64,000 nucleotides of DNA, from the NCBI GenBank assembly GCA_038045185.1, contig JBBSYO010000022.1, positions 164-64,163 of the forward strand. The letters are read 5' to 3'. This stretch comes from Nanobdellota archaeon (GTDB lineage Archaea; Nanobdellota; Nanobdellia; Pacearchaeales; GW2011-AR1). The first letter of the stretch is position 1. Every line of letters starts with the position of its first letter. Both the position numbers and the translations under genes were made by a program. Below are positions 34,985 to 44,000 of the stretch, in pieces. The notes below the pieces were generated by a model. The model was given only the letters and a program-made list of their open reading frames with translations, ran no database searches and was not told the DNA's origin.

Positions 34985-35970
34985 GATGTTCGCTTTCCCT
35001 GCGTTAGTTTTAATGGTCGCCACCATCCTTCATTTGAAGTGTACCACTGGACTGTGTAATTAAGCATTTCCTGAAAACTTGATGCGGGCAACCATCCAAG
35101 CGCACAGAGTTTTGAACAATTGAGCGAGTAACGTAAATCGTGACCTTTTCTATCTTCAACATAGTTGATGTGCAGTTCATCTTTCATCATAATTGCAAGT
35201 ATGAGCTTGGTGAGATCTTTATTAGTTATTTCGTTCCGCCCCCCTATATTATATACTTCTCCCGGGCTGCCTTTGTGGATTACTGTGTCAATTGCCCCGC
35301 AATTATCTCGTACATACATCCAGTCCCTTACATTTTTTCCTTCGCCGTATAAGGGAACCTTCTTTCCGTCAATAATATTTGTTATAAAGAGAGGTATTAC
35401 CTTTTCTGGAAATTGGTACGGCCCAAAATTATTCGAGGATCGCGTGATAATGATGGGCTGTTTGTGAGTGTGTATGTTCGCAAAACAGAGCATTTCTGCA
35501 GCAGCCTTAGAAGCACTATAAGGCGAGGAAGGTTTCAACGTATCTGTTTCTACAGAGGGGGGCTGTTCAAAACTAAGTGACCCGTATACTTCGTCAGTCG
35601 ATATTTGGACAAAGAGTTTAGCTTTTTTTTCACGGGCTACGTCTAAAAGAACCTGAGTTCCCAACACATTCGTTTTTATGAATATCTCAGGATCCAAAAG
35701 AGAATTATCTACGTGGGATTCCGCGGCAAAATTAACAATGACGTCTCCTTCATCAAGTATATTAGACATCGCTTTTCTATCGCATATATCTTCTTTAAAG
35801 AACTTATAATTCTGTTCTTTCTCTATATCTAAGAGGTTGTTTAGGTTACCAGAATAGGTCAACTTATCGATATTTACGAAAGAGTAATTGGGATATCTCT
35901 TTATCATGTGACGGATGAAATTACTACCTATAAACCCTGCCCCCCCCGTTATAACAAATCTTTGCTCCAT
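34981..35970 (-). CDS. rmlB: dTDP-glucose 4,6-dehydratase
   Basis: 329 aa; ITGGAGFIGSNF, YSASKAA catalytic motif. Confidence 0.9.
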   Translation of the reverse strand: MEQRFVITGGAGFIGSNFIRHMIKRYPNYSFVNIDKLTYSGNLNNLLDIEKEQNYKFFKEDICDRKAMSNILDEGDVIVNFAAESHVDNSLLDPEIFIKTNVLGTQVLLDVAREKKAKLFVQISTDEVYGSLSFEQPPSVETDTLKPSSPYSASKAAAEMLCFANIHTHKQPIIITRSSNNFGPYQFPEKVIPLFITNIIDGKKVPLYGEGKNVRDWMYVRDNCGAIDTVIHKGSPGEVYNIGGRNEITNKDLTKLILAIMMKDELHINYVEDRKGHDLRYSLNCSKLCALGWLPASSFQEMLNYTVQWYTSNEGWWRPLKLTQGKRTS

Positions 35971-36159
35971 GAGATAATAAAAAAGTGTAACTTGGCGATT
36001 ATAAACTTAATGGTGGTTAAAACGCTGTGTAAGCACAAGACATATGTCGTGAAGCTACCGAAAATTAGTTCTCAAGGCTGGTTTACACCAGCCCGTGAAA
36101 TTGACATCAAAAAATGACCTTCCAGAAAGATTTTTTAATGCTGAAAAATGGAGATTTAT

Positions 36160-37128
36160 ATGTATTCCCTTAAAGATGTCTCGGTAATTATACCCACCTA
36201 TAACCGAGCTGATGACCTTAGAGAGACATTGGATTCGTTCAAAGAAATTATTCCCAAGATTGGAGAGGTAATCGTTGTTGACCAGAGCACAGAGGATAAA
36301 ACGAAAAAACTTGTGCAAAACCTGAAGAACGCAAAAATACGTTATATTTACTCATCGGCCCCCTCCCTTACTCGAGCACGCAACGCGGGAATAAAAAAAA
36401 TCAGCAGATTATCGCGTATTGTGTTGTTTTTGGACGATGATGTATCGCTTGAGAGATATTATTTTGAAGAGATTTTACGCGTTTTTAATGATAATCCTGA
36501 GGCTTTAGGAGCGAGCGGCTATTATCTGCCTCCTGAAATAAAGATGGGAAAAACTGAAACAGCCTTACGCAAGATGTTTTATATCGAGCACAAGTCTCCG
36601 AATAGCGCGCGTGTTTTGTCAGCTTATGGAACAGTATACCCTTCAGTACTCACCAAAGTCATCATGGCTGATTGGTTATCTGGTTTCAACATGGCATTCA
36701 AAAGAGAGGTATTTCAGCACGAGCAGTTCGATGAAAACTTATCGCAATATGCATTGGGAGAGGATTTTGATTTCAGTTATAGGGTGCACCTGCGGCGTCC
36801 CGCTTCTTTGTATCTAACCCCTTATGCAAAACTCATTCATCGCGTCTCGAGTGTTGAACGTGTTCCCACCAGAAAAATAAATTACATGAATCAAATATAT
36901 CACTTCTACTTTAACTTCAAGAACTTTAACCGCACCGCACTACAGAAGATAGCATTTGCTTGGGCGGTATTCGGAATAACGATTTTAAGAACGTGGCAGT
37001 TTATAGGCTGCCCAACTCTACATGAGGGATTGCGTCTACGATACTACATTTCTTCTTTGTGGTACTGTTTGAAATATTTAAGCAAGATAAGGCGTGGGGA
37101 AATAGAAATCCCTGAAAATACTATTTAG
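36160..37128 (+). CDS. GT2 family glycosyltransferase
   Basis: VSVIIPTYNRADDL... ; FLDDDV DxD motif; start 36160 is preferred over 36148 because of the TATA-like TTTTTTAA at 36131-36138. Confidence 0.72.
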   Translation: MYSLKDVSVIIPTYNRADDLRETLDSFKEIIPKIGEVIVVDQSTEDKTKKLVQNLKNAKIRYIYSSAPSLTRARNAGIKKISRLSRIVLFLDDDVSLERYYFEEILRVFNDNPEALGASGYYLPPEIKMGKTETALRKMFYIEHKSPNSARVLSAYGTVYPSVLTKVIMADWLSGFNMAFKREVFQHEQFDENLSQYALGEDFDFSYRVHLRRPASLYLTPYAKLIHRVSSVERVPTRKINYMNQIYHFYFNFKNFNRTALQKIAFAWAVFGITILRTWQFIGCPTLHEGLRLRYYISSLWYCLKYLSKIRRGEIEIPENTI

Positions 37129-37846
37129 TTGCCTCTGCCGTATAACCCATTGTCCAGAAATGTTTTCGGTCTATAAAGTCCATATGGAATAAGATGAATG
37201 AAGCAAGTATGCGAAACAGCATGAGGTCGATAAGCCAGAGTGGAAAATAAATCAACTTATTATGCTTCCATTGTTCGAAAATGCTGTTGAATCTTAGAGC
37301 GTCTGCAAGAAATTTGAAATATCCACCCATGGGTTTTATTTTGAATTTCTTAAATCCCGCATTTCTGAGAAGACTCTCAAGTCCGTAGCGTGTGAAATAA
37401 TAGTAATTGTGCGGAGCTTGATGAATCATCCAACCCTGGGGAGTTGTGAGGAAAAGTTTGCCTCCTTTCTTGAGGATTCGGTATATTTCATCCATAACTT
37501 TTTGAGGGTATTCGACGTGTTCGAGCACCTCTGTCGAAAGTACTGCATCGTAGGTATTGGTTGACTTGGGAATTTTATCCAGCGTACAGGTAAAATCAAG
37601 GATATGGTGCGGATTTGCGTAGTCTGTCGCCTCGTAACGGCAGTGCTTGAAGAACGATTTGTATGGACATGGACCGGCTCCGGCATCTAGCACGCGTGCG
37701 TCGCGCGGCATCTTCTGTGCCGCGTATTGAACGAACTTCTCAATAGCATGGCGTCTCGGATTAAAGCGTAGTCGAAGGGATTTAGGAAAAAGGTTGATGA
37801 AAAACTGTACGCGTTTATCACGCCCAGTTACAATATCCTCAGCCAT
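37121..37846 (-). CDS. class I SAM-dependent methyltransferase
   Basis: 241 aa; VLDAGAGPC motif I; LSTEVLEHV; KKGGKLFLTTP. Confidence 0.7.
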   Translation of the reverse strand: MAEDIVTGRDKRVQFFINLFPKSLRLRFNPRRHAIEKFVQYAAQKMPRDARVLDAGAGPCPYKSFFKHCRYEATDYANPHHILDFTCTLDKIPKSTNTYDAVLSTEVLEHVEYPQKVMDEIYRILKKGGKLFLTTPQGWMIHQAPHNYYYFTRYGLESLLRNAGFKKFKIKPMGGYFKFLADALRFNSIFEQWKHNKLIYFPLWLIDLMLFRILASFILFHMDFIDRKHFWTMGYTAEATK

Positions 37847-37896
37847 AGGTATACACCGCCCGTATTGTTTTTAAATTGTTCTTACTATGAAGATGG

Positions 37897-39450
37897 ATGC
37901 AAAAGCAGGATAAAACGAGGAATTACCTCAATACATTTGTCAAGACATCCATATTCGTATTTTTTAGCATAGTGCTTTCAAAGGTATTCACTTATGGGTA
38001 TAAAATCGTCATCGCCCGCAATTTTGGTGCTGGAGTCTATGGTAACTTTTCATTAGCAATCATTATAACGGGATTTTTTATAGCCTTTGCCTCTTTAGGT
38101 TTTTCTGATGGATTAGTGCGATACATTTCGTACTATCTTGGGAAAAATGATAGCGCGCGGATTAAGTATTTTCTTTCTGTTACGACGCGTTTGATGTTGT
38201 GCTCGGGAATTGTTGGAGGTTTGCTTTTATTCTTTCTTGCAGAAGTTATTGCGGTTGGCATCTTTAGAAATGCAGAGCTAGCGGTCTTCCTTAGGATATT
38301 CAGCTTTATTGTGCCACTCTCGCTTTTGGGAAGCATTGGTATCGCGTTCTTGCGGAGTTATGAACGTGCAAAAACGGCTTCATTTCTTGTTGGCATATTT
38401 CATAATGGAATACGCCTTGTAATAATTGCAGGACTCATGGCTATCGGGTTGGGTATGCTGTCGACCCCATATTCGTACGTTCTGTCTTATGTGTTTGCAA
38501 TTGCAGCAATACTCTATTTTGCAAAGAGCCAATTAATTTCGGTCGTGCGCGTGCGCGTGTCGATTGGAAGTTCAGAGAAAAGCAAACTCTTGCGCGAACT
38601 GTTTTCGTATTCGTGGCCGCTTGTTCTAGTGGGGCTGTTATTAAGCATGTTTTACTGGATAGATTCTCTTGTTCTGGGTTATTTTACCAACGCAGAGATT
38701 GTTGGATTTTACAGCGCAGCCACTACTCTTGCTGGCCTGTTTGTCATGGCCCCAGACTTGTTTAGCCAGCTCTTCCTGCCTGTTATCTCAAAAGAGTTGT
38801 CGCGTAATAACAAGACCGTGATACGAACTCTTACCAAACAAATCACTAAATGGATTTATATGATTAACATACCTGTTCTTGGAGTTATCTTCTTCTTTCC
38901 GGGAGCTATTCTTAACTTATTTTTCGGACCAGAATTTATGGTCGCGCAGGCGGCTTTGCGCATTCTTGCCTTAGGGGGAATGTTCTCAGGGTTCATCAAC
39001 ATATTTACAAACCTGCTATCTGCGAAGAAAGAGACCAAACTTATATTGTATAACTTCGCGGCGTTCTCGGCAGTCAATTTGGCATTGAGCGTGCTTTTGA
39101 TAAAATATGGAATGGTTGGAGTTGCCATTGGAACTGCAGTTTCGTGGATTGGATTCTACCTAACTCTCTTTTTCCAGATAAAGAAGAAATGCGGATTCTA
39201 TCCTGTGAAACGAAATATCTTAAGAGTGACTGGTGTGGCAATCGTTCCCATAGTTCTCCTATATGTTATGGCCATTTCATTTGGGCAAAGCCGTAGTGGA
39301 ATGATTATTAGTGCGGCCGTCTTTGGAGTTTTATATGTCTCTCTTCTTATTGCGACCAAGTCGCTGGATGAAAGAGATTGGGCAGTAGTGCGCGACATCA
39401 AGACGAAGGTGATGCGGAGCATTGCTCCTGCGGTGCGATTGGTCGAATAA
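37897..39450 (+). CDS. polysaccharide biosynthesis protein / Wzx-type flippase (MOP superfamily)
   Basis: 517 aa; about 14 TM helices; located in the glycan cluster. Confidence 0.6.
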   Translation: MQKQDKTRNYLNTFVKTSIFVFFSIVLSKVFTYGYKIVIARNFGAGVYGNFSLAIIITGFFIAFASLGFSDGLVRYISYYLGKNDSARIKYFLSVTTRLMLCSGIVGGLLLFFLAEVIAVGIFRNAELAVFLRIFSFIVPLSLLGSIGIAFLRSYERAKTASFLVGIFHNGIRLVIIAGLMAIGLGMLSTPYSYVLSYVFAIAAILYFAKSQLISVVRVRVSIGSSEKSKLLRELFSYSWPLVLVGLLLSMFYWIDSLVLGYFTNAEIVGFYSAATTLAGLFVMAPDLFSQLFLPVISKELSRNNKTVIRTLTKQITKWIYMINIPVLGVIFFFPGAILNLFFGPEFMVAQAALRILALGGMFSGFINIFTNLLSAKKETKLILYNFAAFSAVNLALSVLLIKYGMVGVAIGTAVSWIGFYLTLFFQIKKKCGFYPVKRNILRVTGVAIVPIVLLYVMAISFGQSRSGMIISAAVFGVLYVSLLIATKSLDERDWAVVRDIKTKVMRSIAPAVRLVE

Positions 39451-39498
39451 CTGCGGGGGTTAAAAAGTTTTAAATATGCCCTCCGAGAAGAGAAGTAG

Positions 39499-40245
39499 AT
39501 GCGCTATCAAAACATTCTAATTACCGGAGGCACGGGAAAACTCGGAAAGGCGTTGCTTGCTTCCAACTTCTTCAAAAGGAAAGTGTTCGCGCCTACGCAT
39601 ACCGATATGGACATTACCAACAAAGAACAGGTAGGGCGCTACTTCAATGAGCATGAGATTGATGCAATCATACACTGCGCTGCGCTTATTAATATGAAAG
39701 AGTGCGAGACTAATCCTGCCTCGGCTATCAAAGTCAATATTAATGGGACAGGCAATTTGGTAGAAGCGGCATTAAATAAACCTCACACGAGATTCGTTTA
39801 TATCTCTACTGATTACGTGTACCCTTGTGAAAATGGACCCTATAGCGAAAGTGATTCTGCGATTCCATTTACTTCCTATGGCTGGACAAAGTTGGGCGGA
39901 GAATGTGCTGCACGCACAATTAAAGACCACTGCATTGTCCGAACAAGTTTTTTTAACCCGGTGAATATTCCTTATGACGCTGCTCCTCTTGATTCATTTT
40001 GTTCAAAGATTCCCATATCTGAGTTAGCCGAGGCAATTATTGCTCTGCTTGACAGCGATTTTGTTGGGGTGATAAATGTCGGACAGGAACGAGCGAGCCT
40101 TTATGAGATATTTAAGAAGTATAAGCCTAGTATCCAATCACAGACGCTTGAAGAAATTAATCGTGCGGCTCCAATAAAGCGCGCGAAAGATTCTTCATTA
40201 GACGTGAGCCTTTGGAATAAATTTAAGGCGCTGGCGAAGACTTAA
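39499..40245 (+). CDS. NAD(P)-dependent sugar-nucleotide reductase/epimerase (RmlD-like SDR)
   Basis: 248 aa; ITGGTGKLG, YGWTK (YxxxK); third RmlD-like paralogue in the window. Confidence 0.62.
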   Translation: MRYQNILITGGTGKLGKALLASNFFKRKVFAPTHTDMDITNKEQVGRYFNEHEIDAIIHCAALINMKECETNPASAIKVNINGTGNLVEAALNKPHTRFVYISTDYVYPCENGPYSESDSAIPFTSYGWTKLGGECAARTIKDHCIVRTSFFNPVNIPYDAAPLDSFCSKIPISELAEAIIALLDSDFVGVINVGQERASLYEIFKKYKPSIQSQTLEEINRAAPIKRAKDSSLDVSLWNKFKALAKT

Positions 40246-40248
40246 ATA

Positions 40249-40650
40249 GTGAGAAGAAAATCTTTTTTTATGGCAATTGAAAAGGTCGTGTATGAGGCGA
40301 AGCATGACGTGCAGACGAACGATGCGCGAACGATTACCACCTTGTTCGACGGAGATATATCTGATTTTTCTTGCGAACAGATACGAATCGCGCATATTAT
40401 TAAGGGTGGCTGGATGGGAAATCATTGGAGGGAGTATCCTGAATTGTACGGAGTTATTGGCACGGCGACTTTTGTTCTTGAAGATATTAATGCCAAACAG
40501 CGAAAAAAATATACACTTGACACTGGAGACCGGCTTTTTGTCCCCCCACGGGTGGCACTCAAGGTACGCGGAAAAGTTGGAACAGTTATAATTGTTTGTG
40601 CGTCCAAAGCAGATAGGAGTACAGGGACACATGCGTACCAAGTAGATTAA
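40249..40650 (+). CDS. cupin-fold protein, possibly a sugar-nucleotide ketoisomerase/epimerase (WxcM/FdtA-like)
   Basis: 133 aa; beta-rich sequence; location in the deoxysugar cluster; weak similarity to FdtA-like cupins. Confidence 0.35.
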   Translation: MRRKSFFMAIEKVVYEAKHDVQTNDARTITTLFDGDISDFSCEQIRIAHIIKGGWMGNHWREYPELYGVIGTATFVLEDINAKQRKKYTLDTGDRLFVPPRVALKVRGKVGTVIIVCASKADRSTGTHAYQVD

Positions 40651-41308
40651 ATGATAGATTCATTAGCAGTAGTTTTGTCAAGAATCAAAAACACGATGCG
40701 CCACCACACCTTAAAACGTCAGGAATCATGGATTCCTGAGCGCCTCGAAATTCAAAGAATTTCTCAGCCTCAAGAACTACGGTTCTTGATGGCCATCAAA
40801 GATTAAAAATCTTTGAGGGGTGTGGTTTGAAAAGGCGCTCGTGTCATCAAGGACTTGTGTCCTTGAATGCCATCAAGAATGTAAATTTCCAACATTCTTG
40901 AGGTTTGGATGCTCAAGAAGCGACCACACCATAAATGGTGTGGTTTTAGTCAAGCTTCTTGACATCAAAAAGTCCTTGGGTTTTTTTGTGTTGGACTCAT
41001 CAAGAACTTGGTTCTTGACATTATAAATTCTTGATGATTCAATTGCAAGAGAAATATTTTATGGATTTCTCTGCACAGAGAATTACCATTGTCAGCAATT
41101 CTCTTGTGTCAGAATTCTTGGTGTCTTGAACATGTCGGAAATCTTCGATTTCTGAGTACTCTCAGGAATTTCATTCCTGAAGCTGTCAGAATTCGACGAG
41201 TGGAATTCTGAAGTTTAAAAGCGTTTAAATTGGTTCAATAAAGAGAGCCATAAGAAAAATTTGGTCAAGCCAAGATAGATTTTTAAACAAGAAAGTTTTT
41301 GATTAATT
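40651..41308. repeat. 658-nt noncoding region with nested TCAAGA...TCTTGA hairpins (hairpin array C), homologous to array A
   Basis: Perfect stems at 40721-40737, 40770-40789 and approximately 40923-40946, among others; shares TGAGCGCCTCGAAA (40737-40750) and ATCAAAAAGTCCTTG (40964-40978) with array A. Confidence 0.6.
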
Positions 41309-42055
41309 ATGTTAAGGCAAATTCAGAAGAGTGTATATCTATTCTTAGCAAAATACAAGATTTTCTATCCCCTGCTCTTTAGAATATTAATAAAGAAAGG
41401 CTACTTAGAAGAAGATTTTGACAAAATAATAAAGAGATATTCAAATAAAAATAAAAATTTATTTTTCATTCAGATAGGGGCTAATGACGGAATGAAATTT
41501 GATCCAACTTACTTATACGCAAAAAAATATAGGTGGAAAGGCATTTTAGTAGAGCCCGTTGATTATGTATTTGGAAAACTCAAAAATAATTACAGAGGAT
41601 TTAATGGCTTAATTTTTGAAAATGTAGCAATAGGAGAAAAAAATGGCTTCAAAAAATTCTATATGTTAAAAAAGAGCGAGGGGGAAGATATTCCGTTATG
41701 GTATGATGAAATAGGCTCATTTTTTAAAGAAAATGTTATTAAACATAGAGACAGAATTAAGGATTTGGATAAAAGATTGATAACTAAAAAGATAAAAGTT
41801 CTAACTCTTAAATCCTTGCTTGGAAGGCATAAAGTTAACAGAATAGACTTCCTGCAGATTGATACGGAAGGATATGATTATCATATATTGAAACAGATTC
41901 CATTTGATAAAATAAAGCCGTCTATGATAGTTTTTGAAGATAGACATCTACCAAAAAATCAAAAAGAATATTGCCAAAGATTGTTAATTGATAACGGTTA
42001 TACCATTGTTCGCGGTTTAGATTGTTTTGCTTATCTCCGAAGTCGACAACCCTGA
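41309..42055 (+). CDS. FkbM-family methyltransferase
   Basis: 248 aa; very AT-rich; FIQIGANDG motif typical of Methyltransf_21/FkbM. Confidence 0.72.
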   Translation: MLRQIQKSVYLFLAKYKIFYPLLFRILIKKGYLEEDFDKIIKRYSNKNKNLFFIQIGANDGMKFDPTYLYAKKYRWKGILVEPVDYVFGKLKNNYRGFNGLIFENVAIGEKNGFKKFYMLKKSEGEDIPLWYDEIGSFFKENVIKHRDRIKDLDKRLITKKIKVLTLKSLLGRHKVNRIDFLQIDTEGYDYHILKQIPFDKIKPSMIVFEDRHLPKNQKEYCQRLLIDNGYTIVRGLDCFAYLRSRQP

Positions 42056-42122
42056 AGCAAGTTTGGGATATTATAGTGGGGGCGCAAACTGATAAAATAT
42101 TCGCGTCCTTCGCTATATCTTT

Positions 42123-43874
42123 TTAGGCGGCCGACTTTATCAAAGCAGTCGGTTTGAATAACTTGCTGAAGAAGTTAGATATCTTGACTGCGCGGGGATG
42201 CTTGCTTCTCTTCAAGACATTTACTAAGAGATGTTTGAGTATTTGGGGGTTGATAAATATCGAATAAAATAACAGTTTGTAGATGAAGGGGTTTGTGAAT
42301 AACCTTTTTTGATTGCGTAGAACAACTAAGTCTAAATCTAAATAAGTAAAGAGAATGTGGTCGACATTTATTACAGGGATGCGCTTTATTTTTTTGGCTC
42401 GCACTAATGGCATGGTCAAGAACGCGACTTCATTTGGATTGAGGGGGAATTTTTTACCCCTGTACATCGAAGCGAATTTATCCATATTGTTGATAAAATA
42501 AGCTCTTTCGACCATATATTGTGATATATCGAGATTGTCATAAACATAGCTTTGGTCTGCCAGATAGTTATAAGCGTAATAAAGAGAAAGTGTTGCATAG
42601 TCTCCTACGAGTGAAGAATATAGGTAGGCATCGCAGACGGAGATGGGCTTTTTTATCAAGTCCATTGAGTATGTTTGGAAGCAATCCTTATAGGGAAGGA
42701 TTTCGTGGTGCTGGCTTGTGAAACCTACGTAGCGCGAGTTTCCCACTTTGTTTTTGATATAATCGGAGCCCTTGTCAAAATCAGATTCTTCAAGATAAAC
42801 TGGATGCTCATTCAGATTTTTTCTCGCAGTTGTGCTGTACAAAGGTCGTTTGTCTTTTTCGATGGACTTATAGGCATCGCCCAACAGCTTTTGGTTCGAA
42901 AACTTTTTTGTTACTTTTTGATAGGCTTTCTCTGCAATATTTTCCCGTTCTTTCTCATGTTTGAGATAATAATTGAGTTTATCATATAGCTCCTCTTCGT
43001 TCTTGAATGTCGCAAAGTCTACTCCTTCAGTGAACTTGGGAAAGTATCCCTCGACATATTCTGTCAGGGCAAATGATTTGCAGGCATTTACCGCCATTGA
43101 CCTTTCAAGAACGTGGGGTACGCTAAAAAAGTTTTGTGAGAAACAGAGATTAATTTTAGATTCGTTAATGAACTTGACAAATTCCTCGTCTGAGAGCTTG
43201 CCGATATAATGTTTTTTGAATTCTGGATAATCGTCCCATCCTGCCCCCGCGAGCGTGAAATTGACATTTTTCTTGAGAAGATATCTCATGTATTTCAATC
43301 GGTCGCCCTTAGGTGTGCCGACAAATACAACGTCATACTTTTTCTTGAGGTTCATAGGTCTAAATTTGACAATGTCCGCCCCCAGCACATCAAACCATGG
43401 GATGCCTGCTCCGTCGTATTGCTTGGTAAACTGAAGCTGGCTGATGAGCTGATAGTCTATTGCCAAAGAATAGGGAATTGTATAATGCTCGAACTTTATG
43501 TCGTCGTCTCCGTTCCAGTGAGTTACTCTTACTTCTGGAAGTATTTCTTTAATCTTGACAAGGGTTTCCGGATAAAACTCATCCCAGACTAAAAACAAAT
43601 GTATGTAATCTGGGCGTTCTTTTTTCAATACCTCTAGGAATTTTTGGTTCATCACTTTCTTGCCATATTTATACGTCTCTTCTTGTGGATCAAAATTAAT
43701 TACTTCCCTAAAAATATTTCTCAGGGGAATATTGTACGCCTGATTGATAATCCAATTGGGGTTGTTAATGGACCATGCGGCTAAAAGCATTTTTTTGTCT
43801 ATTTTTCTGGGCATTGGGGAGGCATGAGGCTTCTGCTTAAAAACATTTGTTCGATGCCCAGAGCTGTGTTGCAT
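42123..43874 (-). CDS. CgeB-like glycosyltransferase (GT1-like) with an uncharacterised C-terminal domain
   Basis: 583 aa; central VFVGTP...NLCFSQ...ACKSFALTEY...EKAYQ region resembles the CgeB/Glyco_trans_1_2 family. Confidence 0.5.
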   Translation of the reverse strand: MQHSSGHRTNVFKQKPHASPMPRKIDKKMLLAAWSINNPNWIINQAYNIPLRNIFREVINFDPQEETYKYGKKVMNQKFLEVLKKERPDYIHLFLVWDEFYPETLVKIKEILPEVRVTHWNGDDDIKFEHYTIPYSLAIDYQLISQLQFTKQYDGAGIPWFDVLGADIVKFRPMNLKKKYDVVFVGTPKGDRLKYMRYLLKKNVNFTLAGAGWDDYPEFKKHYIGKLSDEEFVKFINESKINLCFSQNFFSVPHVLERSMAVNACKSFALTEYVEGYFPKFTEGVDFATFKNEEELYDKLNYYLKHEKERENIAEKAYQKVTKKFSNQKLLGDAYKSIEKDKRPLYSTTARKNLNEHPVYLEESDFDKGSDYIKNKVGNSRYVGFTSQHHEILPYKDCFQTYSMDLIKKPISVCDAYLYSSLVGDYATLSLYYAYNYLADQSYVYDNLDISQYMVERAYFINNMDKFASMYRGKKFPLNPNEVAFLTMPLVRAKKIKRIPVINVDHILFTYLDLDLVVLRNQKRLFTNPFIYKLLFYSIFINPQILKHLLVNVLKRSKHPRAVKISNFFSKLFKPTALIKSAA

Positions 43875-43970
43875 GATTCGATATAGTCTCGACGATAAAA
43901 AATTAAGCGAACATTTAGATTATCGACGATAAGGAGACAATCGTGCAACACAGCAATGCCCAGATAAAGC

Positions 43971-43978
43971 TTATAAAT
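43971..43978 (+). promoter_or_regulatory. TATA box TTATAAAT upstream of the C-methyltransferase gene
   Basis: 23-30 nt upstream of the ATG at 44001; followed by GCCCCC as at 18691. Confidence 0.4.
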
Positions 43979-44000
43979 GCCCCCTAGCAGACGTTAGAGT

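Noticed and set aside
40721-40737. ATG sitting in the loop of the AGGAATC/GATTCCT hairpin as a potential structured start codon
   Set aside because: No downstream ORF of meaningful length follows in that frame.
40820-41026. 68-aa ORF inside hairpin array C
   Set aside because: Same reasoning: it overlaps multiple inverted repeats and has no promoter or conservation signal.
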